NCBI RefSeq assembly: GCF_964355755.1
Contig: NC_092677.1
Span: 12,174,101-12,238,100, forward strand
From: Antedon mediterranea
Taxonomy: Eukaryota; Animalia; Echinodermata
Length of the DNA: 64,000 nt
Direction of reading: 5' to 3'
Shown here: positions 51,401 to 62,531 of the stretch, piece after piece
Position numbering within the stretch: position 1 is the stretch's first letter
Layout: each line of letters starts with the position of its first letter
Translations under genes and position numbers: made by a program
Notes under the pieces: generated by a model
Seen by the model: the letters and a program-made list of their open reading frames with translations, nothing else
Told to the model about the DNA's origin: nothing
The model's database searches: none

Positions 51401-54400
51401 TAAAATATGAGGAAGAAAAAACAATAAGTAGACAAATTGAAGAACTTGAGAAAATAAAAGATGAACCAAATAAAATGTTTCAAGCAATAAGACATCTAAA
51501 AAGAACAGAAAAAACGGATAAAAGTTTTGTATACGACTGTAGAAATAGCATAATTACCAATGAAACAGAACAAGTAAAAATTGTAACAAGTTATTTCAGA
51601 GAAGTCTATGAGAAGAAAGGAGTTGAGAAGAACCTAGGAATTGATAAGATAAGGATGAAAAATCCATTTAAGATAGAAGAAATTAAATTAGCTGCCAAGA
51701 AACTGAAAAATGGGAAGAGCCCAGGGCCAGATGAGGTTCACTCTGAACTTATAAAATATGCACATGACAACATTTTCAGTAGTATTGCAACTATGTTTAA
51801 TGATATGGTTATGACAGGAAAGGCGCCCCATGATATCACAGAAGGTACCATAGTTCCATTACATAAACCAGGCAAACAAAAGGGTATCGTAAAGAACCTT
51901 AGACCAGTTGTCCTCCTAAATATCAGTAGAAAAATTTTGGCCATTTGCCTTATCTATATATAAATTTACGTAAGGGCAAAATTCGATAAATCTCGGTTAA
52001 TTTATAGAATTTTTACTCGATGGTACATAAAGTTGGTTCATACTTTCGGTACTGATTTTAACCATCTGACATAACCCTGTTTACTAATTAAATTGAGTTA
52101 GGTAATTAGTTATTGACGATTAAAACGAATTTAGGTTCAACGATTTGCCCCAAATAGGGGTGTTTTCCGATCGTGGTATACACTGTCTAATGGATGTCCA
52201 TCTTGAAAAATACCCGCCACAAAAATGCGAGGAGGCTTCGCATTTTCCTATCTCCTCCTACGATAATTGTTTTTAATAGCTGAAAACTGGTTGAACAGCT
52301 AGAGTCCAGCATCATAATGTTGAAGACAGGCCGATTTTCTTTAAAAAATACTATTTTGATAGATTTAATATACGATTATACAAATGTATTGATTTGCGAT
52401 GAATGGAACATCCCAGAGTTTGGTTTAACACAAGTAGGTAAATTTATGAGCCCTTGGTTTAACACATACGGTAGGTAAATATATGGGCCCTTTGAGAATA
52501 AACTTGCAATACTTTAACAATACTGTAAATGATATTTCAATCGATTATGACAGTGACAGTTTTAACAAAGTATTAAATCGCAAATGTTTTACTTTATTTA
52601 GAGGTATATTATTTATAGGCCTATAAAACATGAAAAAAAATATTTCGTTACTGAGTGGATAAAAAATATATTTAAAAATTGTTCCTCTTTGTACCTATCC
52701 GCTTTCCCATCCCTCAACCCTAATGTTACATACAAAACACAAATTGGGTTTCTTTAAATGAGTCCAAATCAAAAATTTAGACTCATTTTGTGATAAGTTT
52801 CTCCTTCGGAAGTAATTCCCAGGGTGCTAATTTTAGTTGACTACATAAATCATCGTTTCTATTTATTCGTTTCTGTAAACGACAATGTATTATAGTCCTG
52901 CGGTACGTACATTTGAAATCGCCAGTTTTGTTACGCTGAAATTACTGTGTATTCGAGAACCATCTGTGGGCACGACCTAGATGGTACGCGAGCGAAGCGA
53001 GCGTACCATCTAGTAAATAGAATTGATGATAAGCTTAGGACCATTATACCACCCTCACAGGCAGCATACTGTAAAGGAAGGAGTGTCACTGAACACGTGT
53101 TTACTCTCCGAACACTAGCAGAAAAAGCAATCACATCATCAGACTACGAAATAAATGTACTCATGTTAGACATGAGCAGTGCTTTTGATACTGTAGACAG
53201 GAAAAAATTAATTGATATAATATCTCACATCCTTGAACCAGAAGAGCTAAATATTATCAAAATTCTCATAGAACAAGTAGATCTTAGAGTAAGGATTGGA
53301 AAGGAAATAGGCGACCCAATTAAATCAAACATAGGAGTACCACAGGGAGACTGTCTTAGTCCCATCCTTTTCATTACATATCTAGCACATATCCTACAAA
53401 AATATGAACAAGAGCAACGTCAACAAAAACAATATACATACATATTTTTATTGGATCAACACATGCATATGAGGTAATATTCTACCAATATTGTGTATCA
53501 CTTTATAAAAAGCTATTTTTAAATTGTAGAAAATTTATTCAAAAATACCCAAAGATGGAAAAGAAATTAACATTTACAAAAACGATAATTACAACCAAAA
53601 ATTACAATCGAAATGTAGTTAAAAATTTAATATAAATGTCTTTAATAGCTTATTGAAACAGACAGTATGCTGTTCTCTGATGATGTTTTGTCATTGAGCC
53701 TTCAGAGGGTGAAATTTGGCCGAATTCGTCCGCCGAGGTCAATGTAATTTTCAAACCCCAGGAAGCTACTATATATTCCCGTACAGCGTACTGTGACATT
53801 ACTGGACGTGAATCCAGACTACCGTTGAGGATTCGTGGTGATGGTGTTGGTCCAAAATTTATGTTTTCTTTTGATTCGCTTGATATGGGCCATATTTACA
53901 TTAAACATTCAATATGCAGATGACTTATCTTTTGTATCTACCTCACAAGAATATATAAATGAAATAAATACAGACATTCCACGGTATCTACAAGACTATA
54001 ATCTAAAAGTTAACCCGTCAAAAACCGAAGATTTTAAAATAAAAAGGAAAGGAAATGAAGACTGGCGAAACTGCAAATTCCTTGGAAGTAAATTGGGAAC
54101 CAGAGAGGATGTTAATAACAGAAAACGTCTCGCATTAGCAGCTTTCAGCAAGATAAATCCCATACTCCAAAATAGAAAAATAACAATAAACCTGAAAATG
54201 AGAGTCTTCAACGTATACATTACAAGCATCTTTCTGTATAACTGTGGACAATGACAGCATCACTAAAAAGCGAAATCGATGTCTTTCAAAGAAAATTCCT
54301 AAAGAGAATAATAGGTATAAGGTGGCCGGAGAAAATAAAAAATGAAGATTTGTACAAAAGAACAGGAGAAAATGAGTGGAGTAAGAACGTAAAGAAAAGA

Positions 54401-57400
54401 AGGCTGACATGGTATGGTCACCTGCTCCGTTTAAATAAAAACACACCAGCTAAGATCGCACTCGGAGAGGCTCAGAGAAAGACCAAAAAACCAAAAGGAA
54501 GACCAAAAACAACATGGATGGCAAACATAAAAAAGGAAACAGAACTTTTCACACGCGGACCTATACACATGCTTGCTCAAAAACGTACTGAGTGGCGAAC
54601 ACAAGTGAGACGCGCAATGTCTAACGACGATTAGCGTTTTAGGAGGAGTGTTAAAAGATAGGACAGAATTTTTCAAAAGCCGGCGAGCAGTCTTAAAGTA
54701 TTAACAAGTAAACTGAAATTGCATTTTCTCGAGAACTACTTGTCCAAAAAACTTCATTTTTGTACAAGAGGCAAGAGTTATAATTTGTGATTTGAAATTT
54801 TGAAACAAAATTTGATTTAAAGTGCACGTTTTTTGATGCGAGTAGCTTAAAAAACCATATTCACTCGTTTGATTTTGGCGTTGCTGTTCTATTGTTAGTC
54901 AACTGAAGCTATTGTTAATTGAAAGGCTTGTTACATTACACCAAACTCGCATACACATGCTTGTAGTGAAATTAGCCTAAATCACAAACAGCATTAAGAC
55001 ACACAAATATATATATTTTTTTTTTTTTACCGGAGAAATCTTATGTAGGAGAATTTTACAGTAGGCGGAGGTATGCACTCTCAGAGTGGCTTTCTAGTTT
55101 GTTATATCTTTGTTAATTTTGTATTTTTATAGTTTATTTTGTATTTTCTGTTTGTATGTTTGAGGGTCCCTAATGATCAGCTCATGCTGGATGGATCACC
55201 CTCGTAAAATATTATTGAAATAAATGAATAAATAAATAAATTTCATAACATCATATAAACAAGGCATTCATATACAAATGCCAATACCCTTGTAGCACTT
55301 TGTAAATTGTCTGAAGCGGATTTTGAGGGAGTGCATCAGGCGCATGCCCACCTTATATTTCATGTAGAAAAATTGAAAATACACAAACGTAACATAAGTT
55401 GGGGACCCCTCATAAAACATCTCAAAATAAACGTGAATAATTCATTTATTCAATTTACATGTACATAAGGTTTGATGTAAAAATTTACCTGGCTACAATT
55501 CGCTATGCAGATGTTGGCCGACTGAATAGTCGATTGGTTTAGACTATGAATGAGAACATGCTTTGAAGTTTAGTTTTAGTTTCAGTTTAGTTTAAGTTGT
55601 TTTAAAACTATGTTTAAATGTGCCGTAGGGCCCCTCGGAAAAGCAGTTTTATTTTATTACTGAGAGGACTACCCTACTGAAAGAAAACGAAATAAAATAA
55701 AATAAAAAATAATGCATGTCGATGTATGGGGTTCAAATCCCATGAGCAACAAGTCACACAAATCCCAATCAGGTCTCAAGCTATTGTTTGTGCTAATGTT
55801 GGATATTAAATAATCGCACAATATTAAACACCAAACATTTGAAAATTTTAAAATAAATATACTTACCAACTGCATTTGCAAATAATGTTGCAATGACATT
55901 CAATGCCAACCAAACCTGAAATAAAAAACATTAATATAATAAAACCCTTTGAATAAACATGAACACAAATCGACAAGCAAACAAATAATATAAACATTTT
56001 TGTAATTAAGATTTTAACAGTGGCATGCAATGGTAAAGTTAAGTTGACTATTTCTATTGGCTTATAAGGAAAAGATACCTAGCCAATGATAGAATAGAAG
56101 GGCTCTAGTTTAACCAATCAAGATAGAGTCACCAATTCATGAAATCAGCCAGTAACAAGCTGTCATTAATTTGCCAATAAAAGAAAGGGTATACCATTAG
56201 ACACATAGGTGGAATTATTATTATTGTTCAGGTTTTTTCATAGGTAAGAACAGAAAGATATATATAAATTTACAGGAAAATTCGTGTAAATCACGCATTA
56301 CTTGATGGTATATAAAGTTGGTTCGTACTTTAGGTACTGATTTTAACTACCTAATATAATCCTGTTTACTAATTAAGTTAGATAGTTATTGACAACTAAA
56401 ACAAATTTAGCTTGAACAATTTGCTCCGATTGTGGTATACACTGTCTAATGGATGTCCATGCTGAAAAATACCTGCACACAATAATACAAGGATGCTTTG
56501 CATTTACCGATCTCCTCCTACGATAATTGTTATTGATAGTTCGAGTACAGCATCATAATGTTGAAGACAAACCAACTTTCTTTAAAAAATACTATTTTAA
56601 CAGATAATAACTGAATAAATGTATATGAACTAGAAACAGATTTAATATATGTTTATACAAACGTATTGTTTGGAAATGAATGGAACATTCTAATCTCATA
56701 TAAACACATATACAAATAAACTTTATTATACGTTTGTATTAATCAATAATTACAAAAAAAAAACGTTGTAGTGGTGTATTGTAACATGCTACTGTACTGT
56801 TTCAATCAACTGATAGTGACAGTTTCAACAAAGTATTAAATCACAAAATGTTTTACTATGTTTACTGGATACATTATTTATAAAACATGAAAACAAATAA
56901 ATTTCTGTTGAGTTGATAAAGAATATATTTAAAAATTATTCCTCTTTGCATCATCTGTCTCACATCTCTCAACCCTAATACATACAAAACATGAATTGGG
57001 TTTGTTTAAATTTCACTAACAAATTTGGACTCATTTTGTGAAGTAATTCCCAGGGTACTAATTTTAGTTGACTACATAAATCACTGTGTCTATATTGTTT
57101 GTTCCTGTAAACGACAAGTATTATATTCCTCTGCGGTACCAAACTGAGCATTGCATGCATTTAAAAATTGACAGTTTTATTTACGCTTAAATTACTGTGG
57201 GCATGACCTAGTTAAAGTAATTTTTCAAATTCTTAAAAAATGTATTGCATTCCCAAAAAAGGAAAAATAAGAATGAATAAAATAAAACTTTGTGGCATTA
57301 CAAATTTTGTAGTTTTAAGAAAAAAAAGTATGTTTATAAAAAAAAATATATATATAAAAATACCAGTTTATTATTGTTAATTATTAGGTTTACCATTTAT

Positions 57401-58628
57401 TTTTAATTTTTAAATTACACTTAAATGGTTTTTTCGAGATCTCATTTTTTCTCAAAGTTAAAATTTATTATCCAACATTAAATATGGCCTATTTAACAAC
57501 ATAAAGTTGTAATTATTTTTTCAGGGTGTACAAAATATATCTTTAAACTTCTTAGTGGAACCCAATCAAAATAACGATACAAGATTCCTGTTATATATTT
57601 AACTAAAAATATTCATACAGTATGTACTAGCCACTTTGAAGCCTATATATATGAACTTACACTTTAGGTGTATAAAGCTGTCTACAATATCAAACTAGTT
57701 TGTAAAAAAAAAAATATGGTAGTGATATGACCAAATATGGTAGTAATATGACATCATCAAGTCCATATATGGGCACATCAAATTTTTTTGTCACATAAAG
57801 TTTGATAGTGTAGACAAGGCTTTAGACAGGTCACTCGCAAAAAAAACTCAGTCAGCTACTCTCTTGTTTCGCATAAGAAGTGAAGGATTTAAGGAGCTAA
57901 ATCTGCTGATTTACCCAGTGGAATATGCCTTATTTTGACTACTAGGTTAAAACAATTTTCCTTAAATATTGTGGCATTACAAATACAATTTCTGGCGGGT
58001 AGGGGATCAATGGCTATCAGGTCCTCACAATAAATTCAATTTTATAGAAGCCCTTTCTGAACTTAGGGGGATGGACCTGTTCATAGTTTATCAGTTTTAA
58101 ACATTTTATTGGAATGAAATTGTCCTTGAAAATACATAGACAGGAAAATTAACCAAAATTTATGCTTTTAATTCTGCTGGTAAACTTAGATGTAAACTTG
58201 GAGTCTCCCACTTTTCTTTAAAGATGTATTGTCCCCCAAAAAATTAAGATTAATTTAATCATACTTTGAATAGGTTATTTTGTAGTTTTAATAAATGTAA
58301 TCACTTCCATAGAAAAAAAATGTTTTCACCTATAAAATAACAAAATAAATGGTTAAATTCGACCAAAAACCCATGGCTGGCAGCCAATTTGACTATTTTT
58401 TGCTTTAAATTACACTTTTTCAGGTAAATACATTCTGTTTTTATTCATTTTTTGGTCATAGTGGAACTATTATGATATTAAAATGGCATATACAACCACA
58501 AATGTTTTAAGAATTGTTTGTTTAAGTGGACAATACATCTTTAAAATATTTTTAATGTTAAAGTACATTTTTTAAATATATAAATTAGAAAAACTTACAT
58601 TACGAAAACCAGGCTGCAATAATGTCAT
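31159..58628 (-). CDS. Multi-exon gene for a secreted or cell-surface protein: SP - CTLD x3 - Ig - Ig - EGF - CTLD - EGF x3 (Tie/angiopoietin-receptor-like ectodomain with lectin domains); 3'-incomplete
   Basis: Predicted exons, all open and phase-compatible: 58628-58599, 55915-55867, 50244-49999, 39516-39403, 38264-38007, 37853-37791, 37124-36876, 36186-36079, 35864-35820, 35409-35110, 34576-34319, 34052-33918, 33438-33235, 32760-32584, 31761-31636, 31496-31416, 31290-31159 (~858 codons). From exon 3 on every exon is phase 1-1. Confidence 0.8.
33918..35409 (-). CDS. Tie-like Ig, Ig and EGF exons
   Basis: GETVTLTV...LRWRHN...LTIVNARREDEGVYECY; CPICYNGGRCHARSCTCVCPPGFSGTHCE. Confidence 0.85.
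36079..38264 (-). CDS. CTLD-2 (two exons, shortened) and CTLD-3 (two exons)
   Basis: CPKTWTLQGDVCRKKF...TWREANQFC; CPNNFMYFQHSCYY...VCRQLDSSLLVI...YFIG; DCVVF...SCDSKVHFICER. Confidence 0.85.
36316..36517. mobile_element. MITE, PIF/Harbinger-like
   Basis: Imperfect TIRs aggtcaactcaaacagcgtcgta / tatgacgctaagttggcct in a TAA/TTA context. Confidence 0.55.
38634..38966. mobile_element. MITE with CAGGG...CCCTG TIRs (hAT-like)
   Basis: cagggcctgttcagacctacggagttgctttcgtatt vs aatacaaaagcataactccatggatctgaacataccctg. No clean 8-bp TSD. Confidence 0.6.
39600..43195 (+). mobile_element. 5'-truncated L2/CR1-group LINE 3' fragment; its 3' UTR carries a ~115-bp tandem repeat interrupted by a Helitron
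   Basis: IYKSFIRPIIEYACPTWHSSLT...LESVQKRFLRI (post-RT region), frameshifted. Ends with aataaa and an (AAAT)n tail at 43156-43195. Confidence 0.7.
40381..42928 (-). mobile_element. Non-autonomous canonical Helitron (TC...CTAG) with internal duplications
   Basis: Minus strand starts TCTATATATAAATTTACG and ends in a GC-rich hairpin + CTAG. Inserted at A|T with no TSD. Same family as 51953-53013. Confidence 0.9.
43270..46205 (+). pseudogene. Decayed RTE-clade LINE (APE + RT)
   Basis: ISAYAPT, ILGDFNA, SDH, QFGFRSGKGCSDGI, FIDLTAAYDHV, GVRQGGNESPNLFNLY, GYADDL, FKYLG; many stops and frameshifts. Confidence 0.85.
46485..49722 (-). mobile_element. Near full-length Rex1/Babar-like LINE, frameshifted, with (ATGACT)n tail
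   Basis: KRGKGGG...PPLPSMILGNVRSLSNKIDEL, FTETWL, RPFYLP, GDFN, SDHN, DYRPIAIT, LQFAYR, IDFSSAFNTI, GTPQGSVISP, KYADD. aataaa followed by atgact repeats at ~46513-46485. Confidence 0.88.
49999..50244 (-). CDS. CTLD-1 first exon; completed by exon 39516-39403 across a 10.5-kb TE-filled intron
   Basis: EEFGNSLYIF...TICAEKHSFMVYIESKEENYFI...ILGL...MKWDG joins HWKINNP...CTAM...WYSIDC...WVCK. Confidence 0.8.
50713..50872. mobile_element. ~165-bp palindromic MITE family, copy 1 (Harbinger-like TIR)
   Basis: TIR consensus aagctctgtctacactatcaaact; internal gatgtgccc...gggcacatc. Confidence 0.8.
51953..53013 (+). mobile_element. Non-autonomous canonical Helitron, 1061 bp
   Basis: A|TCTATATA...GATGGTACGC-GAGCGAAGCGA-GCGTACCATCTAG|T. 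Removing it restores the RTE frame LAICL-I-NRIDDKLR. Confidence 0.93.
53448..53897 (+). pseudogene. HYDIN: Captured genomic fragment of HYDIN (intron-like DNA + one exon, one frameshift)
   Basis: After tttaatag| (53648): LIETDSMLFSDDV(F)VIEPSEGEIWPNSSAEVNVIFKPQEATIYSRTAYCDITGRESRLPLRIRGDGVGPKFMFSFDSLDMGHI. I recognise this from memory as the HYDIN ASH/Ig-like repeat region (WPNSSAE...YCDI.GRE.RLPLRI.G.G.GPK). Confidence 0.82.
55100..55241 (+). mobile_element. L2-type 3' terminus (stem-loop + (AAAT)n tail)
   Basis: gagggt...cagc-tcat-gctg...accctc followed by aataaataaa. Confidence 0.5.
55560..55712 (+). mobile_element. L2-type 3' terminus (stem-loop + (AAAAT)n tail)
   Basis: gtaggg...cctc...cagt...actg...gagg...ccctac then aaataaaataaa. 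Confidence 0.5.
55867..58628 (-). CDS. Signal-peptide exons 1-2 (MTLLQPGFRN|VWLALNVIATLFANAV)
   Basis: atcaccATG...AAT|gtaagt at 58599; tttcag|GTT at 55915; G|gtaagt at 55867; hydrophobic core. Confidence 0.7.
56259..57211 (+). mobile_element. Older, diverged copy of the same canonical Helitron family
   Basis: Colinear with 51953-53013 (tatataaatttac...ggtatacactgtctaatggatgtccat...gggcatgacctag); terminal hairpin missing. Confidence 0.8.
57673..57824. mobile_element. Same MITE family, copy 2
   Basis: aaagctgtctacaatatcaaact...agtttgatagtgtagacaaggcttt. Confidence 0.8.
58222..58540. mobile_element. Kolobok-like MITE (TTAA TSD, 5'-AG termini); degenerate relatives at ~32252-32552 and ~57234-57546
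   Basis: TTAA|AGATGTATTGTCC ... GGACAATACATCT|TTAA. Confidence 0.75.
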
Positions 58629-60746
58629 GGTGATTTTACTAACACATACTTTTCAGAAATTGAATAGCCATCACAACCATTCTTTAAGACGACCAACTCG
58701 GTTATGCATACAAAAATGCCGACGCTTAACTATATCAAGCAACAACTGCGTATTAAAACTTTGTGTCAATAAATTATTTAATATTATTTAATATTCTTTA
58801 AAATCGTGCTTAAATTTTAATATCTGTATGCATATTTTTTTTTTTTTGCATGCTCTAAATACATACATAATTCAAAAGATGATGGCGTAAGAAAATATTG
58901 ATTTTGTTTAATGTCATGTGCATATAACTGTGTTTCGGTAATACATGTTGGAATATTAATTATAATAATAATCAAATTTTGAACAACGTTAATTAAAAGT
59001 TGTTTATTGTGTTTACTAAATGTGTGTAGATAATTAATATAATTTAATTTAATGATTATTTATTTTTTATTTCGGTTTCGGTATAGATATCTCAATATTA
59101 ATATTTTAAAATTTAAATAATACTAGTGGGTAAAAATGAATATACTGCAACCCAAAAATTGGGTTGCACGCTCCTTCGTCTTAAACTTGGAATATTAGTC
59201 TCTAATACTATTGTTAGGCTTCGAGACATAAAGATCCATTTTTGGATTATGTTCAAAGATTGCAATACAATATCTCTATGGTTCAGACAAGCGGCTGAGT
59301 CAAACCCGAAGCCGCGGTCTCTGAAGGTTTGAACAAACTCTGCTTTCCCAAGTGCCCTTTTTAAACTAAAGACTAGCAACAGTATGATAATGCTTAACTA
59401 GCCTAAGTTATGACGATTTTTGTGAAAAAGGTTCCTCCGGTAGATATTCTGGCCTTGGGCAAATTTATGTTCACTAAAATAGCTGTATTATTATTATTTA
59501 TAAGTTGAGGCTCGAATTTGAATTATAATTAGTTATAATTATGATGGATTATGATAATTGCAAGTTAATGTACTCAAGTTATGTGATGCAGCATACTAAT
59601 GTACATTGTGTATAATAGAATAAAAGAGTTCAAACTACCTATATGAATAAATTAGATATATGTTGTGACTTGCTATAACGTGACTACACAATCATTATGA
59701 TATAAATATTCACGACGACCACAATATTATTAGAAAAATTTGAATTTTATTACTGTACTATTGATTTTGGGGTAGTTAAACAAAATTATTATTTTTCTCA
59801 GTATTGTCAATAAAACTTGTTACCAGAATTCTGAAAGGTTTATGAGTTTATGAAAAAATAATACAAATAAGTAATAATAAATTAAAAATAGAAAAAACAA
59901 TTTTTAATTATATCCAAATTCTTATATTTTCTGTCCATCAGAAATGTATATTTAATTTTCTTAACATTTTGACTGAATTATGACAAATTATATCTTTTAA
60001 ATTTTTAATTTTTTGTATTCACATATAATCAATAAAGCCTGTGGCTTCTAACCAAATTAACACAGAGAGTTTGTGTGTTTAACTTACCTTTACCCTTACC
60101 TTTGTTGTACGTCCTCCATCTTAACATGCTTTTTTTGTTTACTACGATGGTAATAAAGATTTGATTTAGGGGTGAAAACCTACATTCATTGAGGGAGGTT
60201 ATTAAAGTTGAATGTCCTTATCATCATTCATTTTTATAACAATTATTATTAACAATTGAACCTTCTCTATTTGATAAAAAAAATGATCGGGGTAATAATG
60301 TGCAGCGCATTGAGTGCTTGCTATATAAGATTAAACTATTATTAGTATTATTTGTAGCTTTTCTGCACTTTTCTATCCACCGGTAGAGTAAAATAATGTT
60401 CAGAAAATAAAAATCATACAATGATTGATGAGTCTATTTCCAAGTTTGTTTGTACAATTATTTTCTATTTATTCCAGGCATAATTAATTATGCTACGAAT
60501 ATTTTCAATAAAGTTTTGATAAAGTCATGATAAAAAAAAAAGGAGAATATTCCAATGCAACACGTTCCGAAAGTAATCCGATTGGTTAATAGCTAGTCTA
60601 TAGTTACGACAATGCTCTGTTAGCAGCATACAATGTCATGCATATATATAGGAGTTTATTGCTTAAAGGAACATGATAATTTGATGTACATGCGCTGGTA
60701 TGAATATCTAATCTATAGTTATCTACAATATTTGTATGTGATACAT

Positions 60747-61105
60747 CAGTCAATTCTCTCAATATCGGACACCCTTTGGCTTGCCTAATACTGTATGTTC
60801 AGTTTTATGGAAAGTCTGGTATTCTGAATGTGTTTTTAATAGTAAGAAAAAATTTCAAATCTTTTAAACTTCAAGAAAGGTGTGGTTTTAGGAGATTTGA
60901 CTGTATTCAAAAAACAAATCCTGTATTGAATACAGTTTTATTATTAAAATTATTGTTAAAATTCATTTAAAAATTGTTGGTGGTCTGGAGGAAATATTTT
61001 ATTTTCTATATGAGAATTGCCAAATCTTAAACAAATTTGTGTTTTCAAAGATGAACTTAATAACCCTCTCAACATCTTAATTGTTTCGGTTTTCAGAGAG
61101 TCTGG
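60747..61105. mobile_element. Tc1/mariner-like MITE; a similar remnant lies at ~34830-35067
   Basis: cagtcaattctctcaatatcgga ... tctggtattgagggagttgactg|ta. Confidence 0.6.
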
Positions 61106-61177
61106 TATTGAGGGAGTTGACTGTATACATATCAAACAAATATTGCATGGGGTTTTAAGATTATACATGGTTCAAAC

Positions 61178-61320
61178 TTCTGTCTACACTATCAAACTAG
61201 TTTGACAAAAAAAGTGCGATGTGCCCAAATATGGTAGTGGCATGGCCAAATATGGTATTCATATGGCATCTTCATGTCCATATATGGGCATCACATTCTT
61301 GTCACATAAAGTTTGATAGT
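61178..61320. mobile_element. Same MITE family, copy 3 (ends clipped)
   Basis: tctgtctacactatcaaactag...agtttgatagt. Confidence 0.8.
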
Positions 61321-61427
61321 TCGCAGTCAATATGCCTTGACTTCATATTGAGATATGGTATAGCCTCTAGATCACCCTGGGCTGTGTGTCTATGATTGGT
61401 TAGGTCAGGGAAGAGTGAAATTAATGT

Positions 61428-61615
61428 CAATAGAGAGCTTTCGATTTGCGACAAACTAGGAATAAGCTGGGTTATGTCGATCGCTGTCGTAAGTAATCAC
61501 CTGGACCTAGAAACCACCAATACTTTGTCGAGGTGGGGAGCATACATATATCCCCATATGAGCATGATAAATTAACAACATGACCTAATTAGGCCAAATC
61601 AAAAGCTCTCTATTG
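61428..61615. mobile_element. MITE with ~21-bp TIR
   Basis: caatagagagctttcgatttg / caaatcaaaagctctctattg. Confidence 0.7.
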
Positions 61616-62155
61616 TGATGAAATTGATGTAAACAATTATATCAGATGATAAAAAAAACGACAACGAGATAAACTCCACTTGTTAATTTATTAAAAATAT
61701 TTCATCCAAATATTAGTACTGTTAGCTGAAATGAGAAATGATTAAAAATGAAATGATGGTGATAACATATTAACAATAAAAGTGATTAACTGTGGAAAAA
61801 ACAAAATTAGTTAAAATAACATAAATTAGCATTATTAATAAAAAAAAAATGTAAAAATAACTTTCTTCGTAGTTGATATAACATACCATATAAGTGTCTG
61901 TCCATTGGATAAGAGAAAATGTTATGCATATATAACAATATATTATACCACGAAAACTTCAAATTATTACCCTTAACAAGAATAATACAACATCATTTAT
62001 CAAAGAATAAGAAGACACAAAACACAGCATATATATTATGTAGGGGGTGACCGAAAATTGGAAAACATTTAAACAAGTACATGTAACATAATAAACACTT
62101 ACTTAAAGTATTGCATAATCATTATATGGAATAAAACACATAAAATTAACATATT

Positions 62156-62297
62156 AAAGCTCTGTCTACACTATCAAAAAATGTGACAACCAAAATGTGA
62201 TGTGCCCATATATGTACACGATGATGTCATATCCACACTACCATATTTGGGCACTCACACATTTTTGTTAAAACAGTTTGATAGCCTAGACTAGGCT
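62156..62297. mobile_element. Same MITE family, copy 4
   Basis: aaagctctgtctacactatcaaa...gtttgatagcctagac. Confidence 0.75.
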
Positions 62298-62402
62298 GAA
62301 AGTGTATTATAGATAAAATAGTGATCTTTGCATGGTAAATATTATAAGTTTAGAGAATGAATGAATTTGATACTGAAAGCACCCAATGTACTGTATGGCA
62401 TT

Positions 62403-62531
62403 AATGTCCAATATCATATGCAAATTCTGTAGTACAGTGTCACATATGTATCACATGTGGCATATGATACAGACATCACATGATACATATGTGACACTGT
62501 AATACACAATTTGTCTGATACTGGACACATT
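62403..62531. repeat. Imperfect ~130-bp palindrome
   Basis: tacagtgtcacatatgtatca / tgatacatatgtgacactgta with looser outer arms. Confidence 0.7.

Larger units (their letters stand above)
51128..54646 (+). mobile_element. 5'-truncated RTE-clade LINE with 7-bp TSD AGTGTTA
   Basis: TSD at 51121-51127 and 54647-54653. KSPGPD, NLRPVVLL, LDMSSAFD, GVPQGDCLSP, QYADD, KFLGS, GRPKTTW. Confidence 0.9.
50944..55097 (+). mobile_element. Family-A HINE (~630 bp net) interrupted by an RTE LINE
   Basis: 5' ttacctccgccaaggaggta + (GTTT)n. 3' ggcggaggta + hairpin cactc-tca-gagtg + ctag|tt. Interior is the reverse complement of the array core. Confidence 0.9.

Noticed and set aside
53448-53890. Minus-strand retroposed mRNA 3' end with AATAAA and TSD
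   Set aside because: No poly(A) tail. The plus strand gives a much better HYDIN-like translation with a splice acceptor.
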